NCBI RefSeq assembly: GCF_006345805.1
Contig: NC_042997.1
Location: 161,634,001 to 161,698,000 of the forward strand
Direction: 5' to 3'
Length of the DNA: 64,000 bases
Source: Octopus sinensis
Taxonomy: Eukaryota
Notes under the pieces: model-generated
The model's input: the letters and a program-made list of their open reading frames with translations, nothing else
The model's database searches: none
What the model was told of the DNA's origin: nothing
Shown: in pieces, positions 55,236 to 64,000 of the stretch
How the letters are laid out: every line of letters begins with the position of its first letter
Position numbering within the stretch: the first letter of the stretch is position 1
Translations under genes and position numbers: made by a program

Positions 55236-56146
55236 CTAAGGAAAAAATACGGGCTTTTGTTACCAAACGTCACATTGAAAGGAAAGGGTAGCACAACATG
55301 CACAGAACATACAAATAATGTTAAATATAAAATTAGCTACACAGGTTACAATTATGTTTGCCACTCAAATTGATTTTCGAACAACATCACCGTAAACAAC
55401 AATATTCTCGCAAGCAATATCTTTTAAACTTATATCATAATCTATTTTGTAAAAATGAAACCTATCCAGTTTTGATTTGAGGCAGGATACTATAAATTGC
55501 AAATCGATGTATTGACAACTACGTTTACATACCGAATACACTTTAGAAGTGATCTGCACAGTATATTGCAGTGAAGTTAACATGTTCTAGACTGAAATGA
55601 AGTCTTTGAATTGATCGAAAATTTGTACAATAATATATTGTTCAATGGAATAATAAGTTTTAATAAATGCTACAAACGTTGCAAATTTCGAAATCGAAAT
55701 TGAAATAATATTGTTAGTATGTTTACTATTTCAGAGACTAATATTTGTATTAAAACAACGTTCCTTATCAGTGAAAGAAAATCACAGATCGTGATGCAGT
55801 TATTCATAATTGCCATATTATATTGTTCCCGCAATGACAGCAAGAGAAGCGGATTTGTTTAGATAGAATAACGACACCAGATATAAACGTTGGCATGAAG
55901 AAGGATTACACCAATGTCAAGCTCATCTATAGTAGGAGGTTCTTCTGGGTATAAATAATTTTAGCCACTTCTACATCATAATTATTATAGAAAGTGTCAA
56001 TCTATTATAATTTACTGTTTCACTTCAAGTATTTTTTTCCATTCATAACGGTAATATCGATGGTAAGTATATTTATGGATTGTAACAGTTACTAACGTAC
56101 ATGCAAAGAAATTCAAAATATTGTCCAGCAAAGATCTATTTCTAAT

Positions 56147-56287
56147 GCACAGTTACCCTGTTCTACTTTGCCTTTCATCCTTTCGTGATCGATAAAATAA
56201 ATATCAGTTGAGCCCTGGGTGATCGATGTAATCGACTTACACCCGCCACCCGAAATTACTGATCCTGTGCCAAAATTTGAAACCAAT
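56147..56287 (+). mobile_element. 5'-truncated SINE
   Basis: tttgcctttcatcctttcg..tcgataaaataa...gatcgatgtaatcgactta; splits the conserved tctaat|atacaaac unit motif. Confidence 0.7.
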
Positions 56288-56305
56288 ATACAAACTGGTG
56301 CATCC

Positions 56306-56563
56306 TATTCAGGTAAGGTGCACGCAGCCTCTTCCACACAAATATATTTACCCATATCTTCCAAATGTAGCACTTTCAGTAATCACTTAATAAACTTTCA
56401 TATCGGTAATGATCTTTATGTGAATATTACTTTTAATTTCACTGACATTCTTTATTCGCGAGACTTTCATGTTTTCCTTTGTCAATTTATGTAGTTAAAC
56501 AGGTATCTTTTTTCTCTTTTACATGAATATTTTTTCATGTCGTTTTAAATTCAAGTTTTATTT
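56306..56563 (-). pseudogene. Heavily decayed Ig pseudo-exon
   Basis: Residual array similarity, indels, both splice sites lost. Confidence 0.75.
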
Positions 56564-56601
56564 TTAAGCAAACCCCAGCTAGTTTTACTAAGCACTGAAG
56601 T

Positions 56602-56632
<31 letters not shown>

Positions 56633-57331
56633 AGAAAGAGTGAGTGAGAGAGAAAGAGAGAGAAAGAAAGAGTGAGAGAGAGAGAGAAAGAAAGAGTGAG
56701 TGAGAGAGAGGGAGAGCAACTTAATATCCAAAGTGAATACAAGGGATGTTAAATCATAAAGTTGTTACACATGTTACAATTAGGTTTGCAACTGAAAATA
56801 AAAATATTAGATACAATACACAAACACCTCAATAGTCAAGCAGCAATTATATATTTTTGTTATTATTTATACTATACGCATAGGAAACTTTTAAACGGCT
56901 GAGTGCTATCTCATATAGCTCTCTCAACGTTGTAAAAGTATATAGGCATAGCTTTAATATTTAAGAAATGCAAACATATAGATGTTTACATAAAGAATAT
57001 CCTGAAGCAGAGATTCGGCATCGTATATAGTATTTAATTTCCTATCTTAGTGTAAATATTGAAATTAAGAGTAAAGCTAACATTTTGATCAAAACATTGT
57101 GAGTTCCTTAACGAAACAAACATATCAGAAATGGAAGCGCAGTATATTCATAGTTAGCAATCAGCATTGTAGTTACTTTGAAAACACGAGGAAGTGAATT
57201 TGTGAGGATAAACTTTATAACGATACCCGACGTGCACTACTGGCTCTATTGAGAAAAGACACACTCACCAATGTCAAGTTCTTGTATGGCAGACAGTACT
57301 ACATTTACATATTTATTACAAATATTTTAAA

Positions 57332-57671
57332 AACCTCTGGCTAAGCGAAGGCGGGGGTATTGTTTTTAGTCGTGTTTGCTTGTTTGTTTGTCTTTGGACA
57401 AGATATCTCAAGAATCGCTGAATGAATTCGGATGAAACTTTCAGGGATGTTTGACCTCATGACTGGCACAAACTTATTAGTTTGGGGGACTGACCCGAAA
57501 TGGGACAAGAATTCTGGATTTTTTCCTGATCTTAATTTTTGAGAGCGGTCGAGTTCATTTTTAGTATTCTCGTTTGAGAGGGCAGTCGAGTTTATTTCAG
57601 ATTTTCTCATTTTAAAAATCATCTCTGGCTAATCGTCGAGAGGGCGTTGGTGTTACCTTGGCGGAGGTTTG
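57332..57671 (+). mobile_element. Non-autonomous Helentron-associated (HINE/DINE-1-like) element
   Basis: 5' aacctc.g.c...ggcgg.ggt hairpin, (GTTT)n tract, 3' ccttggcggaggtt subterminal inverted repeat. Confidence 0.6.
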
Positions 57672-58339
57672 ATACACAAAGAATATACAAAGGATTTCCA
57701 AGCATATAGTTTTTATAAATGTAACAATTAGATTTACAAATTAAGCATATGAATATTAGACATAGAACACACTATCCAACATTATTCAAACAAAACTTTT
57801 CATCTATATTTGTATCAATGTCTATGTTGCCTGTGTCAGAAATTCCGGTATTCCGGTATTCATACTATGCAGGACACTATAAACAGTAAATTATGTAGGT
57901 ATGGTCAAGCACAGCTTTAAAACATAGATGATTTCATATAAAATATCATTTTGAAGAGGATTTGTGCAGTATACTGCCACACAGTTAACATTTTTTATAA
58001 ACAGGTGTGGAGTATTAGACATGAACAGAAATGCATACATGAATATACTATTCATCGTAATCAGAGGAAAACATAATAGCCTCTGACTGCTATGTAATAT
58101 TTAATTGCCTAACATATTTTAAATATGGAAATCAAAAGTAATGTTGTTTCTTCACTCTGTATACCGAATTACACTTATAGGCTAACATTTGTAACAAATC
58201 AGTATTTCTTTTTTGAAGTGTCCCAAAAATTGAAGCAATTTTATGATCACATCAAAGCAAAAGCAAATGAATTTGTATGGACAATAACATAACCGTAGCA
58301 GACATAGACATTTGCGCCATTAAGAAATGACACACTCAC

Positions 58340-58369
58340 CAGTGTCAGGCTCTTCTACAGTAGGTGCTT
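58340..58369 (-). CDS. OBSCN: Linker micro-exon EAPTVEEPDT
   Basis: 30 nt, cag acceptor, gtgagt donor. Confidence 0.78.
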
Positions 58370-58562
58370 CTGCAGGGTAAAAATAAATATGAATCACTAT
58401 CACAACATATTATAGAAAATGTCAAAATAGCATAATTTACAGGTATTTCTTCCCTACATCAGAGTTGTTCCGCTAGAAACTATCATTATGATTAGTGATT
58501 TAGTAACGTGCAAGACAAAATGTTCCAAGTACAAACTAGTTATAACGTACAAACGGACATAC

Positions 58563-58829
58563 CTTCCACAGATATTGTGGCTGATGTAGACACATCACCT
58601 GTCACACAAGAATATTCTCCTACATCTTGCAAAGTAACATTTTCAATTATCAATTGGTGAACCTTCATATCGGCAACAATCTTCAAGTGATTATCACTCT
58701 GAATTTCTTTGCCATTCTTTTTCCAAATGACTTTTGTGTTTTCCTTTGACAATTCACATATTAAAACAGCTTTTTCTTTCTCTTTCATTTTAATATTTGT
58801 TAATTTCCTTGTAAATTCAGCTTTTGTTT
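58563..58829 (-). CDS. OBSCN: Array Ig exon
   Basis: 267 nt, AG/GT intact, open frame. Confidence 0.9.
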
Positions 58830-59080
58830 CTAATAAAAAACGAGTTACAGTTACGAAACATCACATGGACAGAGAAGAGAAAGCAACATGACATACGAAG
58901 AACATGCAATAGATTTTGAAGCATAGTTACACGGGTCAGAATTAAGTTTCACATGAAACACGTAAATATTAAAGCTGCAACATACAATTCAGCGAGATAT
59001 ACGGTGAATGCTTATACACTTTAAGCTTATAAACATTATTATTATTTACAAATTATACATTATACAGTACATTATATATA

Positions 59081-60352
59081 CAGGGTGTTCTAAAATTAAG
59101 GCAACCAACTTTTTCAATTTTACCAAAACAAAATATTGTTATATTTCGGGTCCGAAAGTAACAATGCAATGGTAACGGATACACAATTATGATATTATCC
59201 AATTTATTCTATATGACCATCTCTGTTTAGAAACACAGCCTTAAGTCTAGGTGAGAATGCTTCACACGCGACACGCACTAGGCCGTGCGGAATTGAAGCC
59301 CATTCCTGGCGCAGTTTTGTCATCAGAGCATCGAGTGAAGCATGATGAGTGCTCGAAACAAAACAGACAAAATGGACAAAACAGAAAAATCCAACGGGTT
59401 GAGATCGGGGCTTCTTGAGAGCCATACATCCTTGCCTATAAACGACGGAATATTTTTCTGTGTTGTGTCTGTTTGGAGCTGTGGGATGGTGCCAAGTCTT
59501 ATTGGCGGCTCAAAGGTGCATCTTGAAAGTGCTCATTCGCCCATGGAAGCAGTTAAGCTTCCAGAATATCGCTAATGTATCCGCTGGGTGTTAATTTTAA
59601 TACCCGAGGGCACAAAACGAAGAGAGACCTTCCAGTGGCTGTCACAGCCGCCCAAACTATAACTGACTGGATTTTGACGTCGATTTACGAGTCAACACTC
59701 GACGGAGCCAGATACACTCCAGACTTGGCCATTCTGATGGTTTACTACCAATTCGATGTCAAATTTCTTTTCATCAGTGAACACCAGGTTGGGCAACGCG
59801 CCTTCAACAATCTGGCATAGGATAAGACGACTCTCCAGTCTCATGGCCTTATAAATTTTCGTGAGCTCATGACGATGGATCATCATGTAGGAGTGGATCT
59901 TGAGATCCTCCTTCATTACTTGATACATCTATATTTGGTTTATTTTTGCTGTAGCAGCCAGTTTTCTGACGGAACGACGAGGATCTCCCTGTATCTTTTC
60001 TCTGGTACTTTTGATAAGCTAAGGGATCCGCACACATCTTTTTCGGTCACATTTAGGTCGATCAGCGATGGAACCAGTCTTCTGAAATTTCTTGGCAATT
60101 TTCCAGACTTTTGTTCGTTTAATTTTAAGCTTTTTTGTTATAGCTATATTACTTTCGCCCCCTTTGTAAAGAGCTGTGATTGTATTTTGGTTTATAGCCA
60201 TTATCTAATTTATAAATCTGAATTTATTTAGTCTGAGACAAAAAGAAGATACACTAAGCTTTTATAATAATGTATGATTTTTATACCCTATCACATTTAC
60301 TGATAGCTATGAAAGCCCGAAACTTCGGTTGCCTTAATTTCGGGACACCCTG
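59081..60352 (-). mobile_element. Full-length decayed maT (DD37D-like) Tc1/mariner transposon
   Basis: TA TSDs, 26 bp TIRs CAGGGTGT.C..AAATTAAGGCAACC; broken transposase ~60201-59204 with FTDEKKFD, QDAP, SPDLNPLDF. Confidence 0.92.
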
Positions 60353-60890
60353 TATGTATATATATGATACAATTAGATTTGCAAGACAAACACATTAATA
60401 AAAGAGCGATAGCATACTACAATATAATATTCAAGCAACATATGTCATCTAAAATTTTCGTTAAGTCTATATTATCGGGAGTGCAAAATTACCTGATATT
60501 CTAATGTGAATGCGACGTAAAATGTTGCATAGTTAGGTATAGGTTTAATAAGTGTTGAACTAATTTTATATCCTGTGATACTGCACAAACACTTTGTAAA
60601 CAAGAAATTAAGTATTCGAGGTGAAATATACATATATGAATACTTATCTATCTTATTGTATATATTTATATAAAAATATAACAACGTTAATTCCGATCTT
60701 TTTTTTTTTTACAAAGGATAAGGTAATATTCCTTATCAGTGCTCGCTTAACAGAAATGGAGACGCATTACATTCATCGTTGCTAAAAAGCAATAGTATCA
60801 CATTAAAGCCAATGCAAACGAATTCGTGTGGGTAATAAAATAACACCACCAGACACAAATATTGGCACCATTAATAAAGGAGACACTCAC

Positions 60891-60920
60891 CAGTATCAGG
60901 TTCTTTGACAACAGGGGCTT
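60891..60920 (-). CDS. OBSCN: Linker micro-exon EAPVVKEPDT
   Basis: 30 nt, cag acceptor, gtgagt donor. Confidence 0.78.
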
Positions 60921-61121
60921 CTGCAGGGTATAAATAAATATGAATCACCTTCAGATTGGTAAATAATATAGGAATTCTCACTCTAGCACAACTTACATGC
61001 TTCTTTGAAGTATGTCATCTCTAGATTATCGTATTATTGCTGGCATATAACTTGATTAGTAACAGTTAGTTTATATTTCCTTGTAAGGAACTAGCTACTT
61101 TTAATATATAAAGAAACGTAC

Positions 61122-61388
61122 CTTCCACAGAAATTGTGGCTGATGTAGACACATCACCTACCACACAAGTATATTCTCCTATATCTTGCAAGGTAACATT
61201 TTCAATAATCAGTTGGTGAACCTTCATATCAGCAACAATCTTTAAGTGATTATCACTCTGGATTTCTTTGCCATTCTTTTTCCATGTGACTTTTGTGGTT
61301 TCCTTTGACAATTCACATTGCAATACCACTTTTTGTTTTTCTGTGACTTTAATGTTTGTTAATTTCTTTGTAAATTCAGGTTTTATTT
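61122..61388 (-). CDS. OBSCN: Array Ig exon (most 5' in this window)
   Basis: 267 nt, AG/GT intact, open frame. Confidence 0.9.
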
Positions 61389-63399
61389 CTAAGGAAAAAT
61401 GAGCTAGTGTTACAAAACATGGATACAAGAGAAAACGAAGTGACACAAACAGAGCATACAATTATTTTCGAACATATCAAGTAGTCACATATGATTGAAT
61501 TTGACTTACAAGTCTCGCACAACAATAGTAGAGTTACAGTACACTTCAAAACAACATTAAACAATAAATAGACTCGACATTTTATATTTTATATTATCTC
61601 TACTGGGAATTCCTAAGTTTTTTTTTATTGTTACTTGGAAGCAGAACTGTATAAATTGTAAACTGATATATTCTATTTTTCATTATTTTATCGTATACAC
61701 ACGCACGCACGCGCGCGTGCACACACACTTATACAAAAATATGTATGTAACACAGACAAATATGTAACATGAAAGAATGGTATAGCAAATACCATACAGC
61801 ATAAATTCTTGATTTATTAATATTATCTTCACCTCTAGAGGATGTGTCATATTTATCATATGATAACTGAAGCAAGTTCCATTTGTGAAGGATATAATTT
61901 CGAGAATCGAGAATTTCTCTCAAGCCAAAGTTGACATGTCATCAAAAAAAAAAGGATTATTTTCAAGTGATGAAAGGACAGCCTCGGGCACGTGTTCCTG
62001 CCTTAATATGCGTTATCAGTACGACAACTTTTCTAGAAATAAAGTTGTCTTGATAACAATATAACGTCAACTGACATACATTTATGCCATTTGGAAATGA
62101 GAAGCTCATCAGCGTTATGCATTTTTATGCAAGCAGTTCTGTAGGGTATAAAGAAATATGAATCATATATGTATGTGTGTGTGCGTGAGCGCGCGTGTGT
62201 GTTGTGGAATAGTAGATCCCGAAGCAATTACAGCTATAAATATTGGACTGAAAAACCCTAAGGTTAGAAAAAGTTGAAGACTGTCCTACAGGCAGCAACA
62301 TTTATGTGTGTGTGCTCGCGCATGTGTATATGTATGTAAGTAGACTATAAAAATCAGGAGGTATGAGAGGTGAATATATTTATTTAATCACTTGACATCT
62401 TTAAGATTACGCCCGTTTCGTAGTCTTCTTCATTTAGTAATAATTTCAGTGTAGAATAAATTGTTTGCATAAATCCTCATGTTACGCACTATACAATACA
62501 GTTGTGTATTCACAAAATGCAAATAAAGAAAGCTAACTTATTTGATCACCAAAACATCATGGTTACGTTACCGATTCAACTGTAACTATACTCAAAAATT
62601 TTCTCTTTATATATACAATGTATAGAAAAGAGAGACTAGATAAAATTAACTTGGTTTGGTCAGTAAAAATAAATACATGTTGTTTCATATCAATAAGTTG
62701 CCAATCAGAAGTTAAGGGAATTGATCGTTCTTTATTGCTAGTATAAACACGAGAGGGCAAAAAGAGGAAGTAAAGTATTTGAAGTAAATATTTTAAAAAA
62801 ATAAGAAAATAAAAAATAGCTTAGAATATATGTAAAATACATATGAAATTATAATAAATTAATTAAATGGGGAAAAGACAGCTGGAATAATAAAGATCAG
62901 ACCAGGAAATAGTATTGAACAACATGATTCAAATGGGGTTAAAAGGTCAAAATGTCACACATAAAAACTTATGGACATTAATTTTCTAGACATATCTCAA
63001 AATACTTTCTAGCTCAATGAGCTGTTGTAAAACCAAGCTGTACACACCCCAACACAAGCACAAGCAGAGACACATGAACAAACTAAAAAATACACAACCC
63101 CCACACGTAATAGTGTACTCTTTTTCACCCATGTATATACATATAGACCACACAGAGAAAAACATCTGCACACACTCAAACATATATGTGTATGTATATG
63201 AATACATAAGTAAAACTACACATACACATATAAATACATATATAAACAAATAACGCATACATATATATATATATATATACAGTATAAGTACACATACAAA
63301 CATATGTATGTATACGAATATACACACACATACATACATATAGATATAACATATATACACATACACATATGTACATGCATGTATAGATACACACATATC

Positions 63400-63633
63400 A
63401 CAAGATGACCTGATCGACCAAATTATCGGATGCTGGTATACATTGTTGGTCACAATGCGCTTTGCATCATTTTAGCTTTCGAATCCCCCTGAGTTACTCA
63501 TTTACCGCTGAGTGGACTGGAGCAATGTGGATTGGAGCATTTGGATCAAGAAAACAACGCGCGGCCCGGGAATCGAATCTACGATCTAGCAATCGTGAGT
63601 GCGACACCTTAACCGTTAGTATATGCACCTTCA
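63400..63633 (-). mobile_element. tRNA-derived SINE
   Basis: Minus-strand B-box-like GATTCGATTCCC and ttgctccagtccactcagc core. Confidence 0.65.
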
Positions 63634-63707
63634 CACATGCAGATATACACCCATACATACTCATTCACCTGTACACCCATTTATACATAAATATATACAC
63701 AGAAATT

Positions 63708-63713
<6 letters not shown>

Positions 63714-63793
<80 letters not shown>
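63714..63793. repeat. (TA)n(GA)n microsatellite
   Basis: Direct inspection. Confidence 0.95.
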
Positions 63794-64000
63794 TACTATG
63801 AAATTAACTAAAACAGTCTTCAGTATTCCCTCGAAGATTTTATTCTCTACAGCAATATTTCTACCAAATTAAATCTATGATTAGTATAAGTGATTGGGAA
63901 GCAAGTTTATCACCACACAGCCACTCTTGTTGCAAAGAAATTTTCCATAATCACTCGAGGAACCTCCATTTGTAACTTGTTTCTGTTCATTCACTTTACT

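Noticed and set aside
30540-60930. CRISPR-like periodic short repeat (gacactcaccagtgtcagg)
   Set aside because: Eukaryotic context, ~1.2 kb homologous spacing; it is the micro-exon and its donor site
25474-61461. Array of independent single-Ig genes with signal-peptide-like N-termini and hydrophobic C-tails (as the ORF track suggests, e.g. MLFCLMLCFV...Ig...GTLVCILVVVSLL)
   Set aside because: Conservation stops at the AG/GT boundaries; the hydrophobic extensions vary in length and are translations of U-rich intron and pyrimidine tracts. Occasional intron-retention products cannot be excluded without RNA data.

Overview
AT-rich, microsatellite- and SINE-laden animal genomic DNA, most likely an octopus or other coleoid cephalopod (inferred from the repeat landscape, not proven). 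The whole window lies inside one minus-strand gene, an obscurin/UNC-89-family giant muscle protein, and neither end of the gene is in view. In transcript order (right to left) it holds a ~46 kb tandem array of a ~1.2 kb unit made of a 267-nt phase-1/1 I-set Ig exon plus a 30-nt phase-1/1 micro-exon encoding a Pro/Glu linker (consensus ELPAVxEPDT) that the ORF track cannot resolve. By eye I count 23 intact near-identical Ig exons, 7 decayed ones, 1 deleted one, 15 clean micro-exons and many dead ones. Two diverged Ig exons follow, then four small exons encoding a degenerate extra SH3-like domain and a Ser/acidic linker, then the canonical obscurin SH3 exon. Introns carry decayed mariner and maT/Tc1-like transposons, foldback MITEs, RTE and Penelope-like fragments, SINEs and microsatellites. 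All exon boundaries were read manually from GT/AG and frame; there is no expression evidence.
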